NCBI GenBank assembly: GCA_012295275.1
Contig: CM022677.1
Coordinates: forward strand, 310,001 to 374,000
Length of the DNA stretch: 64,000 nucleotides
Origin: Chrysomallon squamiferum
Lineage: Eukaryota; Animalia; Mollusca
Reading direction: 5' to 3'
Shown in pieces: positions 15,290 to 28,261 of the stretch (the stretch's first letter is position 1; each line of letters begins with the position of its first letter). The notes under the pieces were generated by a model. The model did no database searches and was not told where the DNA came from. It was given only the letters and a program-made list of their open reading frames with translations. Made by a program: the position numbers and the translations under genes.

Positions 15290-15840
15290 TCACAGAAACA
15301 CGACAACACACACACACACATACATACATAAACACACATAAATGTTTACAATCAAAAGTGTACTGAAACAATTGACATTCTAGTTTTTATTGATTAAAAG
15401 CAAAACTATTATAAGAAATATTTAAATATTTAATATTCAGTGTGGTTCCCCCTTGGATAAGAATATCTGATGGCATATGTTTCTTGCACAGATCTGAATT
15501 GTCAGGGTTTGTGCTAGGTGGTGCTTGCACAACATACAGAAGCCTGTACTGGAGGTTCATGTAACAGAGGTGATTATTTTAATTTATATAGCAGGAAGAA
15601 GATTAGAATGACCAATAATTAATTCCTGTGTCTGCTTTCATCAAAATTATAAATCTAGTCATATCAATAAAGAGCTTCTTAAATTATTTTTATAATTAGG
15701 TGAATTGAATATGTGTTAAATTTGATGAAACTGTCTGCATTTTCTGTCTAATGTCTGAAATACAAAATTATGTTTTTAGCTTTTATCTACGACATTGTTA
15801 AAAACTATTTAATTCTCAGTTTTAATTAATTAATTAATTA

Positions 15841-16018
15841 ATGCCTGGACTGCATGGACACTTCAGAGACTGGGTAGTTGTAGTGAAACATGTGGTAGAG
15901 GCACAAGAATAAGATTTGAGATAAATCCTGTACAAATCCTAAGAATGGAGGCAAAGACTGAGGAACAGATGTCACAGGAATCTTCAAGAAACATGTGAAA
16001 CAAATGTTTTATGTCCAA
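15841..16018 (+). pseudogene. Disrupted thrombospondin type-1 (TSP1) repeat exon
   Basis: Reads AWTAWTLQRLGSCSETCGRGTRIR (fs) KSCTNPKNGGKD*G (fs) QETCETNVLCP then gt donor. Matches the WxxW..CSxTCGxG.R.R.C.NP...GGxxC.G pattern with frameshifts and TGA at a Cys position. Confidence 0.8.
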
Positions 16019-16401
16019 GTAACAGGCAGTAATTAAATCAAATATATTCATTGTGATTTTCTTTTAAACAAATTATGTACAGACAGGTGGGCATGTTATT
16101 TCCTGTGAGGCGTTTATGCATCTATTCTAAGATGACAATAAATAACAATCTCTAGATTGTGAGTAAAGCTGTTGTCACTAAATAATCTGAGGAATAAAAT
16201 TACGTCTCTGCCTAAGAAGTGAAAAATGACTCAAATAAAAAAATATTTATTTAATGATTTCTCTAAAATTCAGTTGTTAATTATTTGGCGGAACTTTAAG
16301 GCCAGTGAATTACATTAGGTTTACTAAACCATTAAACAGCACATTTCTAAAGTTATAATGTATATTTTTTATTCCATTTATACAAAACAATTTTGTTTTA
16401 G

Positions 16402-16513
16402 TGCTTATGTTTATGGTGTCTGATCTGCAACATGTGGATCTGCTACACAGACTGGTATACAGTTATTTAACAATCTAGCTGATTATCCATGCCTGATATA
16501 TCTCAGATTATGG
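16402..16513 (+). pseudogene. Second disrupted TSP1-like exon
   Basis: After the ttttgttttag acceptor: YGV*SATCGSATQT, i.e. CSxTCG with Cys replaced by TGA. Confidence 0.55.
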
Positions 16514-16550
16514 TGTATGTTTTGTTTTGGGGGTTATTTTTGTGGGTTAT

Positions 16551-16860
16551 ATACACACTTATTATTATATTATAGAATAATATATCTCTGTGTAAAATTA
16601 AACAATAAACAGATATTTTGAATTTATTTCACTGTTTCATTTACAGAATTTACAACTATTTGAATAATGTGGAATGTTTGTCTATTATCAATGTTTTTAT
16701 TGAAACTGTTTTCCCATAATTTCTGATGCTTGTCATTAATTTTCAGTGGAAATCACAGGTATGATACTGTCAGAGAATATGGATCATGATATTCAGTTAG
16801 TTTCAGAAGACTACATTGAGTATTTACCAATATTTCTAAAATAATTTTGAGTTTTTATCT
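16551..16860 (+). repeat. ~310-bp direct duplication, copy 1 (copy 2 at ~22403-22725)
   Basis: atacacacttatt..acaataaacagatattttgaatttatttcact..cagtggaaatcacagg..tttctaaaataatttt is shared in the same orientation. Confidence 0.9.
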
Positions 16861-17814
16861 TCATAAAAAAATAATAATGATGATGAAAATAAAAAATAAA
16901 ATTAAAAACATCAGTTTTTAGTAATATTAATATTGATTTTTTTTGTATTTAAAACTTTAAATGATACACATATCTAATGTCATATACATTTTATTTATTG
17001 ATTTTTTTTTTTTAACTTCACTAGGTAACAGGGAATCACACAAAACTGAGATGTCAAGTTTCAAGGAAAAGTATATATATTACATATATATTGCAATTTT
17101 AGAATTAAAATTATTTTGGTCATTCTTATAATTGTTTTCTTTTTTCTATTTCACTTTTCTTTTTACCACTGTTGGGTTCAATTCCGTAATTATTAGTTTT
17201 ATTTTTATTTTATTTTTATTTTATTTTACTTTTTCCACTTTACTTAATTAGGTTTAAAATTAGTAAAAATTACAAACACGTGCATTTTTTGGAATTGCAG
17301 TAATATTTCTCTTTCTCTTCTTGCTATGTGATGCTTACCTCAAATAAACTTCACCCAAACATTTCTTCACAAAACACTCGCCGTTGTATAGGACGAGCAA
17401 GCACCACATTTATTAAAAAATACAGATTAAATATTAATTATCAGAAAACTAATTAAGAACACAATCTGTGGTAATTAAAAAATCACCATCATCATTCTCC
17501 TGCTTAGAAAAAGGTTATTTCTAAAATATACACAACGCTTTGCCTTGAATTATAAAAATGACATTTTCTTCTATTACTGCCAAGTATCAACGCTTCATCT
17601 ACTGCTGAAAAAAGGGTACCTAACTCTCTATTTCCCTGCAGCATATTGTGTTTTTTTTTATTAATTAATAGATTAGAGATTTAGTTTTAACTGTAATAAT
17701 AATGTGACATTTTATGTTTTATTTTATATTCTCTAATATAGTCAATAAACAAATGACGTTAATCAATAAGCGCGAGCTATATTTCTCATTATCCAATGAT
17801 CTTCTAAAAAACAA

Positions 17815-18300
17815 TAGCAACCGCAGCAGTAGTAGTTGGTTAACAAGTGTATGTACAAGAACAACAGTAGCTGTACAAGAGGATGTACAAACGCAACAGC
17901 AGCAGTACTAGTAGCAATACAAGTTGATGAGTAATACCAATAGAAGCAGTAGTTGTAGCAGTACAAATTGATGTACAATAACAACAGCAGCAGTAGAGGT
18001 TGCTGTACAAGTGGATATACAAGAGGAACAGTAGATGTAGTAGTTGGTGTTCGAAGAATGAACAATAACAACATTAGCAGTAGTAGTTGCTTTACAAGTG
18101 AATTTACAAGAGTAGCAGTAATAGTTGCTGTACTAGAAGAAATGCAAGTGGATGTACATGAGCTGTACATGTGGATGTATAATAGTAACAGCAGTTGTAG
18201 TAGCAGTAGAAGTGGATGTATAAGAGGAACAGCAGCAGTCCTAGTAGCAGTACTATCAGCAGCGGTACAATGACAGTAATAATATAACTAGTAGCAATAA
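17815..18300. repeat. Degenerate low-complexity tandem repeat (agcagtagtagttgctgtacaagtggatgtac-like)
   Basis: Recurrent tgtacaag/gatgtac units among (agt/agc)n. The overlapping ORFs are compositional artefacts. Confidence 0.75.
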
Positions 18301-19739
18301 TAATAGAACTGTTTCTTGCAACCTTATGGCCATAGCGCTAGTCATTACACAAGCAGTATAACCGCTGTGACTCCAGAAGATCTGCCTCTGACTGTAATGT
18401 TCAGTATAACTAAACTGTGATAGATAACAAAATTTCATTTTAGCCCAGCGGGATCCCGTTTCTTCCAGTAATAAGACCTTGTTTTATTTTTTTTAATATA
18501 ATCTCTAGTATGTTACATACAAAACATTAACCATAAATATTTATAATTTCTGTAATTATCAATATTATAATGTTAGAGAATAATAGAAAACAACATAGAG
18601 AGAATCTTTTATTTATCAAATATATAAATAGTTTTTGCAAATGGTATTAAATATTTTTACTTTAGAACAATGTCACATACTTTTTTACTGATAACTTGAG
18701 ATAACACGACTAGCAGCAGAGCGAAAAAAAAATCGAGTTTATATTTTATTAATAATACGTGTGTTTTCTAAGGATAATGATGCCTGCATAATAAAAATAA
18801 TAAAATATATAATGTTACTTGAATATTTTATTATGTAAACTGTGCAACATAGAGATAGTCAGAGAAGGAGGTATTATTTTTCTATAAAGAGATGCAGAGA
18901 AATACGGAGAAAAATAAATTAATGTGTTTTTTTAAGCTGGAGAAACTGCACAGGAAAAAAATACAGTATCTGAGATTTTTATCTTTTATTTATTTTATTA
19001 TTATTTTAAAAAATATGTTTAAGAATTACGAGAAAATAAAAGTAAATATACTTCTACATTTTGACTTTAAAATATATTTCTATTTTAATAAATGACAAAA
19101 TTTTATAAGAAATATAATGTAAACTAATATATAAACACTGAATTAAGTAGTATACATTTTTATACAATATTTATTAATACATAATAAAAGTAACTATAAC
19201 TATTACATTGCTTTTTTTTTTTTTCAAAACTATTTTCAAATTGTTGTGCATTCCGCAACGGGATGGTTAATCAGTAATTGAGTTGGACTGCAGCAGAACT
19301 TATAATAATGCTGATTGGATGGATATGTTTATTACAGATCAAATCATAGGTCACTGTTTTATAATTCAGCCAATTACGTTTGGTGTTGGATTTGTGAATG
19401 GAACTCTATCGGAAGGAGTGCTTGCTATTCATGTTTTTTGGAGTATCGTATTGTATCGTATTGTAAGTGTGGGCTTGACGATGGATTTTATCTTGGTACA
19501 GAGCGTTGTTGTTAATTTCTTTTTTATTTGAAGACGCCGACCGAAAGTTACAAAACGTACAGCAGATGAATGGATGAAATTAAAGCGTTAGCAGAATATT
19601 ATAGATTTGGAAAAAGAAATAGTGATAGCGTTATCATTGCAGGAAAGTGAAGGGTCCATCATGATGAAGTGGTTAGTGAACTCGGCGTTGATGAAAGACG
19701 ATAGAATGGCGACTTTGCTAACGAAAATATAAAAAAGAC

Positions 19740-19980
19740 GAACTTGCAGCCGTATATGTTAGTGTTTAAGTTACCAGACGGAGCTGATTTGTGTCACAGA
19801 GAACGACAACTTTGTACTTACTGGTGCCGACTACAACGATGTGCCATATTTGTTGAAACAAGTAAATGATAACGACGATTCACGAGTTGGCAATAATTTA
19901 TGTAGTGGAGGAAAATGAAGTGTTTTATATACAAAAGCGAAATAATCAGCGTGTTTGTGGAGCATTTCGAGGTTTATTTA
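19740..19980 (+). mobile_element. Possible relic of a P2X7-ballast/Nanor-like ORF (as carried by KolobokP-type transposons)
   Basis: LQPYM at 19744, then DDSRVGNNLCSGGK*SVLYT, resembling QPYMFEP...RxGNxxWCxCGxCxxMxT. Intronless, CpG-richer than flanks, heavily decayed. Confidence 0.3.
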
Positions 19981-22402
19981 AAAAATAAAAAATGTTAATT
20001 CAGCTGTTCTTAACAATGCATATAGTTCAACGGTCGCCAGTGAAAGGTATAGTGGAAACTGTTTTAAGACAGCTTAACTGAATTTGTAGTAATAGGAGAA
20101 AGAAATTAGAGTAAAGACAAAAGACAAATGTTTTTATTTACTGGCTGCTGCAGCTCTAGGTAATTTTTAATCTAGAAACTAAATATAATCTCAAGTTTAG
20201 TCATTTATATCCTTTTCTTTGTAGATTTTTACATTTCCAGTTCATTCTTATTGATTTCCGATGAACAGTTACCAATAATGTCTAGTTTCATTTGAGTGAC
20301 AAAAAAGACATTAACATAACAAGTTCAGTTCATACATGTAATTGCTTTCTTGTTTGATATTAATCAACTGAGAACATTTATCTCTAGGTGTTTCTCCATG
20401 TTTTTTATTTATATAGGGTTTCTGTTTAAAGTTTCCTGACTTTACTTTTCTATATATTTACTAGTCAGTCTTTCTTTTTCTCCGTCATAAATCCATTTTT
20501 TAAATTATTTGTGGTCATTCTCACTTAATTGCTAATATTTTATTGTGAAAAATTTTTGTGAAAAAAATATTAATCTGCTTACAGAAATAAAAATATTTCT
20601 TTAGTAATATTATTACTGTCTGTAATTATCAACATAATTTCTAGAAAATTACTTCTCATCTTAGTTGTATTAAATCAACAGCTGAGACAGGGATACTCAA
20701 CAGATAATGAGGAATGATGCAGTAAGCCTTTCAGCCATGTGATAATGGTTGTAGGTATTGGTAGATAAACTTTATGACAGCCAAACAGCAATAGCAGTTC
20801 AAGTATTAAATTATACTATTGTCTTTTGTCATCATGAATGACATGATTTTTTAAACTGTAAATGACTTGCATTTCAACCTTTTGATATTTGTTTTTGAAA
20901 AATGGACATTACAAAACAATGTTTTTATACATTATGTTGTGGAAATACACTTCAAAATGCTGCTAACAGTTTTTCAAAGTGATTGAAATTATAATTATTT
21001 GTAAATTGTATAGTTCAGAATGGCAGATGTTTTATCCGGAATTTCTGATTATAATTTCTGTGATTCAAAAATGAGCAGTCTGATGAGTATCAGCATCCTG
21101 TAGGTGCATCTTCAACATTTCTACATCACTCTTGACATAAATAAAACTTCAAAATTAATATCTTTCTTTGTCAGCTTTCTAATGCATTAAACTTTAACAA
21201 AACAAAACAATAAATAAATAAAAATAATAGAAAGTAATTATATTTATTTTAATTTTTTTTTTACAACTGAGAAAATAGAATATTTAGTGCCATTTAATTA
21301 TGGATTAAGCAGATAGTATATATTATTTAACTTATTTATTTAAAATACATATATATGGTAATGCAACTTTTTTCATTGTTTCATATTTAATAAATTTGGA
21401 GTTTTGCTATTGATGGTGAAAATGTAAATACTGATATATTTCAAAACTGATTTAAATAATAATATAATTAGTAAATATTTCATATTAATTTTGTCATTCA
21501 CAATATTTTAATATCCTTTATGTGACAGTGAATGATTACAAATAAATATTAAACATGGTCATAACTACATTAAGGCAAATGAGACAAATACCTCACATCG
21601 AAATTGCAATGTTTTTATTACATTTTTCATTTGTTTTATTATTGTAGATTTTTTACAAAGATTTTATTTTAAAAATATAAACCGTAATTCTCTATTCCAG
21701 TAGAAACTATATCCACCTAATGAATGCATTTATGTCTCTGGTTACTATTTGAAGGTACTGTCATCATAGTGATGAAAGACATAACTGACTTAAAAGACAT
21801 CAGACATCAAACAGGTTTATCAGCAAGTAAGTGTTTTTACTTCATTTCTAAAAAACAAAGTCTACTTACGGCCATGTTAAATAAAAAATACAGGACAAAT
21901 TTTAATGAATGTAAACTGGGGTTTGAAAGCATGTAAACTGGGGTTTGGTAATGTAAACTGCTCTTCTGTAAAAGTTTAATGCTTGTAGATGAATCATAGT
22001 TTATTTTGAGAGAGAAAAAGGACAATTTTAACTTAAAATGTATTTTAAAATATATGTAATTTGCATGTTATAGTTGGTATCTTAATTATTATTAATACAT
22101 TCTTCATTTATTTTCACATTTACACTTTCTACCATCTTCCCTTCTGCTATAAAATGGATGTCTGTGGAAGCAGTGGCAGTATGATTCTGCTGCTGATGAT
22201 GCTGCTCCTGCAGAGAATAGATTCTGTCGTCTTTTTCTGTCGAAGAACATCTTATCAGACTGATGAACATGCTGGACCCAAAAGGTGTTGATCCTTTTGT
22301 TGAAAAGAACTTTTACAAGAAGATCATCAAAACATGGATTCTAACAATGTCACAAGGTAATTGCTTAATGAATAGAAACAAATTCCCCCCAAAAGACACA
22401 CA

Positions 22403-22725
22403 TATACACACTTATTGTTATATTACAGAATAATGTATCTCAACAATAAACAATAAACAGATATTTTGAATTTATTTCACTATTTCATTTACAGAATTTA
22501 CAGCTATTTGAATAATGTAAAATGTTTGTCTATTATCAATGTTTTTGTTGAAATTGTTTTCTCTTACTTTCTGATTCTTATTATTAATGTTCAGTGGAAA
22601 TCACAGGATGATACCCTGTTCCTGTCAGAGAATATGGATTATGGATTAGTTTCAGATCCCCACTCTGAGTATTTCCAGGACACTGATATTGGTGTCATTT
22701 CTAAAATAATTTTCAGTTTTTATCT
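22403..22725 (+). repeat. ~310-bp direct duplication, copy 2
   Basis: Aligns with 16551-16860 with small indels. Confidence 0.9.
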
Positions 22726-23904
22726 TTTTTTTAAAAACTATATTATTTGTTTTCTGTTCTTGCTATGTGATGTTTACCTTGAATAAAATTATTTTATTTG
22801 AAGTTATGAAATGGCTTGATAAGTTACTGAAAATAAAGAAAATGACCACTGAACTTAATAATTATTTATTTCATATTTGTTATTTTTATGTTTCCAATGT
22901 AATATTTTCAGTTGTGCAACATATACAGTACCTGTATTTTAAATCTGAAATCTTTGTTTTGTTTCTTTCAGTCAAGAAGGTGATTTTGCAAATGAGATGG
23001 AAAGCTCACAGACTGAAATTATTATGAAGCTTCCAGAAAAGAACATTTTTGTGAAGTATGTTTATTTCATTTGTGTAAATGGTGAATTTATTAATTTTTT
23101 CAACTGACATTGAAAAGTATCTGGAGATATTAACTTAGATTATATCTAACTTAATTTATTCACATGCTGGATCATAGAATAAATTACTTTCAGCATTTAT
23201 AAGATAAAGACAAAATTAAATAAATAAAAAGAATAATAATGATAAAAAGTAGGACTGATTCAGCAGAAAAAGTCTGGAGCAGTAAATAACATGTTTATGA
23301 TATATATTTGATACTTTGTTTTCTTCAATAAAATAACTTTGCAATAATGATTTTAATTTTCAGATTAAGCAACTGAGAGGTCAGCTTGTGGAAAGTTCTC
23401 AAGGACTCGCAGAAAAAAGAAAAGAAATAAAAGATTTGCAGACTGAAAGCAAACTGTTGCAGTATTGAACATTTAACAAGGTTAGTATCTTTATATTTAT
23501 AACTTGTCTTATAGCATTAATGTCATTGTCTTTAGCATTTGTTTTGGCTGGCACCAAAATTCAAATGTAAAATGCCAATACATTTTGACTGACTCATTTA
23601 CATTTGCCTGTCAGTTCTGTCATGGTTAAACTCTGATCATAATATACCTATAAAGTACCTGTGTTGTTTTATCTTATTCAGAATTATTAATTTTTTATTT
23701 CTCTTGATCTAAGATGCATCTTTTATTTGTCGGTATTAGCCTGTCATGCCACAGTTTTATCATTCAGCAAACAAACTGTGTGTCTCATTTTTGAAAGTAA
23801 TCTTCCACAGAAATGCTGAGATTATTTCAGAGATGTAGAAAATAAATGTGAATCCATGACATATTAATTGTACATGAATTAAAGGAACAGAAAACATATC
23901 AGTG

Positions 23905-23992
23905 GTTTGAGTGCAGGCTTGGTGTAACTGGCCTACAGGTGTATGGTGTTTTGTCTCCATGTAAAGGTGCATATAAAAGATTCCTTGCTACT
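23905..23992 (+). mobile_element. Degenerate MetaSINE-like relic
   Basis: ggtgcatataaaagattccttgctact matches the GGTGCATATAAAAGA(T/A)CCCTTGCT motif of mollusc MetaSINE cores as I recall it. Confidence 0.5.
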
Positions 23993-26589
23993 TGTGTCTG
24001 TCAGCTTATTCTTTAACACCAGTATGCAGAAAACATTTTTGTCCCAAAACTATTAATAAATTCGTTTTTTTTTTTTTTTTCACTTTTCGGCAGTAAGCCT
24101 CAGAAATAAATACTTATTTTGGTAAAACAGGTTTACTTTGGAGTAAAAGAGAAATGATTACAGAAAAAATATCTAAATATGCTTTGGTTTTGAATTGTCA
24201 GGTTTTGTTCTGTCTGCCAGTAGGCAAATAAGGAACTGTATACATTATTGTTGTTACATCATAATCAGTGACACATATAAATACAAGTTTAGTATGGTTT
24301 TATGAAATATTAATACAAAATATTGTTCTGTTCTATGTTTTTCAGTAAAGAACTTGGTGAAAATACTGTAATGCTGAATGTGTGAATATTTATTTTATTT
24401 TATTTTATTTTATTTTATTTTATTTTATTTCATTTTATTTTATTTTATTTTATTTTATTTTATTTTATTTTATTTTATTTTATTTTATTTTATTATTTAA
24501 GTAGTTCTGTGTCTAAGCTAGATTACTTAACTTTGTTAATGGTATTTACAGTTGGTTAAACTAACAAATCCTTAGAAATATTTTTATAAAATACTTTTCC
24601 TAGTTTTTTCATTAGAATAATATATATTAGAAACAGAATGTAAATAATTTGTTTAGATTTTGTTTAAGAAATGCTGTTATTGTTTTTATTAAACCTCATT
24701 TTTTTCTAAATATGGTAATCTTTTGAAAAATTAGTGACATCTGCCAGCTGCAAGAAACACTGGAGAGAGAGAAGGAAATATGTTCTGAATTTGAAGTTAG
24801 TTCAGTTATAATATATATGTTTTCTTGAACTTAATGGACGCATTCATTCTTCCATCATACATCAGTATCTTAAAAATAAAAACACACAAATTTTGGTTTG
24901 ATAATTTATCTGCCATAATTTCAGTCTGATCAGAAATAATATAAACAGTTTAGATTAACAAAAAATTCCTAAATTATGTTTTAAAAAGTGTAAAATGTTT
25001 GTTTTTCATTCAGCTTAAATTAGATTGATGTTAGTAGATCTTATAGATAATTTTTCTATTTGTGTTTAATGATTGTTACCACTTTACAAGAAGGCATAAT
25101 TATTATATTTATGTTGAAGCATTATTTACATGAGTTTGAACTTGAAGACTTGTATATATTCATAAATAATGTTTTGAGCAGGTGTTTTATATTGTTTCAT
25201 TTTTTATTTATCTGTGTAACACATGTTTGTTATTAATTTCTATATGATATGTTTATTATATTATATTTTAAAATTTTATTTATACAGAATGGAAAGCCGA
25301 TGTCTCTGGATGTGCAGGTAACACCAACACAAGTCTGCAGTTCACCTGTTTTGGTAAATAAAACTGTTATATACTTAGTGAGAGGGACAATAAAAAGTAA
25401 TCAAAACAATTAACATGTCTCCAGTCATATAAAAGCATATTGATAAAAACTTGATTTAAAGTAGTTCCTAAGTCATTCCAACCCATTCATATATATACTT
25501 TAATGAAATTTGTTTTTAAATTTGAATTCTTTGTAAATTATCATAATATAGATACATAAAGTACATTGTTTTCACTGTTGCCATTACAGATTGATAGCTT
25601 TGTTGACAAATAGAAGAAAATTCATAATGAAAAATGTCTCGAGTTAACATATTTTAACACCAGAAACCTGTGGCTAATAAACATTAATCTTTTAATGTTA
25701 ATTTCAGGTGACAGAAATTATCCAAGATCAAGAAAAAGTGAAAAAGCTTAAACCACCATTCATTTGACTTGAATCAGTCAGTGTCTGATGTCAGTAAGCT
25801 TCCGCCATACTGTACCCTGTCCTGCCTATCAGAGGTGTCAGTCTGGACTGGATCATAATGCAAACCTTACTACCTGCAGCAGTACCAACATAATGGAATA
25901 CACACAAGCTGTCATCAAAGCACTGTTCAAGATATGAGACAAGGGAGCAGCACTTGAACTGTGGTGACAAAGAAGAAACAGATTCATCTTCTGGCATAAG
26001 ACGCTACAGTTTTAAAGCTGCGGTAGCAAATAATAAATACCAGAGTAAGACAGCAGGTAAGACTTTAAATTTAGATATGTTAATTTTAAGGTATAATTTA
26101 GTTTCAAATGCAAAGTAGTACAGTGTGTTAATTAAAATGGAATTTTATTGGTTATTTTAAGTATGTTTTTCCTAGGAATAATTTGGTCTTCAAAATTCCT
26201 CTTATTTTTATTTATAGAATTTTAAGTAGTTTTGCACTAAATGTTGTTGTATTTTTATATTTCTAACAGAATGTAATCCTTAAAATTGATATTCTTTTTC
26301 TGCATCTGTTCCCTTTTTTGTTTTCCTAAATAATTAATTTTTCTAGGCACATTCTTGAATAACATAAAACTTATGTTTTCACAGAATCAATAAAATTATC
26401 AACTTTGATCAAGGAGGACACTGATCACCGTGATGGTCAAGGTGATAATAGCAGAGTTTCATACATAATAAACATCACAATGCCAAAATACTTTGACACG
26501 GTAGCTAAGTGTTCTTTCTATTTCTTTCTTCGTTTTGTTTTGGGGTTTTTTGTTGTTGTTTTTTTGTTCAATTTTTCTTTTACTTTTTC

Positions 26590-26646
<57 letters not shown>

Positions 26647-28212
26647 TTATCTCTATTATTGTTTTACTAATTTTTATTTTTATTTCCTGATTTATTTGCC
26701 ACCATTATAATGCCAGTTTTTGGAGTTAGATAAATTTCCAGTTAATAAAGATTTTACACAATTTTCTTAAACAGTTGTGAAAGTTTATATTGTCTGGAAA
26801 GTTTATAATGTAAAATAGAAATTAAAAAATTAAGTTAAGAAGCTTTTGTCATATAATATTAAGCTTTTTTAACATGACTTCAAATATGCAAAAAATACTT
26901 TTTCTTGTCTCTTTTTTCTTTCTTTCTTTAAAGTTTGTCTTCATTTTAAAATATAAACAACTTCATAGTTACAGGTCTTAATAGTGTTTCTATAATTATT
27001 TAATGGTTATTCCAGGAGTAGCAAATATTGGTGTAGAAACTTTGTGTAGTATTTTAATGTTGATCTTTGTGACTCTACAGGTTTAAGGTTAGTTCCACTG
27101 CTGTGTGGTAGTTGTTGCATTGATGGGAAACATTGTCATTTCTATGAGCTTTTAGGAAAAACAACTAAAAAATGTTTTTATTGCCACTCATTGGAGCAAA
27201 AACAAATGTATTACATATCATTTTATCAACCTTTTTTGTTAAATTGAATTTCATTTCTTTATTTCTAATTATTTCAGATTATAATACATATATAGCCATA
27301 ATTTTTTATCCCAATTATTATTTTTTTAAACCATCAAAAGAATATGTTGTATTAAATATCCAATACAGTAATGTTTTTTCGCTTTGTTTTTATATACACA
27401 CACACACCTCTAGACACTTTTTTTTTGTAATGCTAGCTAGGGAGAAAGTGTTTATTGAAAATGGCATCAGTTTATGCATTTTTGACACACTTCAGTTTGT
27501 GTTAATGATTTTTTTTTTTAATAATTACTTTTAATATTATTTTAAATACATTTCTTAGTAATTCTTAGTAATTTAAAATTACTTGCTAACTTATTAGATT
27601 TATTACCCTGTTATTTGTCTTTCAGAAAACTGCAGAAAATGGTTGTGGTGAAAAGGTAAGTAGTTTTAATTAAGTTTTGTATGGATGTGATGATACTGGA
27701 GAAAAATTGCTTTTGTTTCTTGGATGGATAAAGACCAACAAGAGATCTGTTTTTAGACTTAAGTTTCATTTGTATAACAAACTGTAGCTGATAATTAGAT
27801 AAATGTTTCTTTTCTTCTTTTTTCCTTAAATCTTTTCTTAATGGATTGTGTAGGCAGTTTCTTGTCTGAAATGTTGCTGTTTTTTTAATTTTGTTTTATT
27901 AGATACCTCCAGAAGTAACATCTTAGTTAATATGTAAGCTTATCTTCAGCTTTTATCTGTGTATAATCATTTTAAATATGGAATGTTGATCACATCATTT
28001 TATAAAGGAATGTAATTTCATGTTTTGTTTTATTTTCTTTCTTTCTACAGGGTTATGCAACAACTGCATCATTTGGAAAAGCCCTGGAGATGTCAAGGAG
28101 ATACACAGAAGGTGAACAATCTTTTCATATTATTACCTGTCAGTTCTTAGTAATGAGCATCTAAGCAGAAATTATTATTATGATAATAATGGTGGTGATT
28201 ATGCTAATGTTA

Positions 28213-28261
<49 letters not shown>

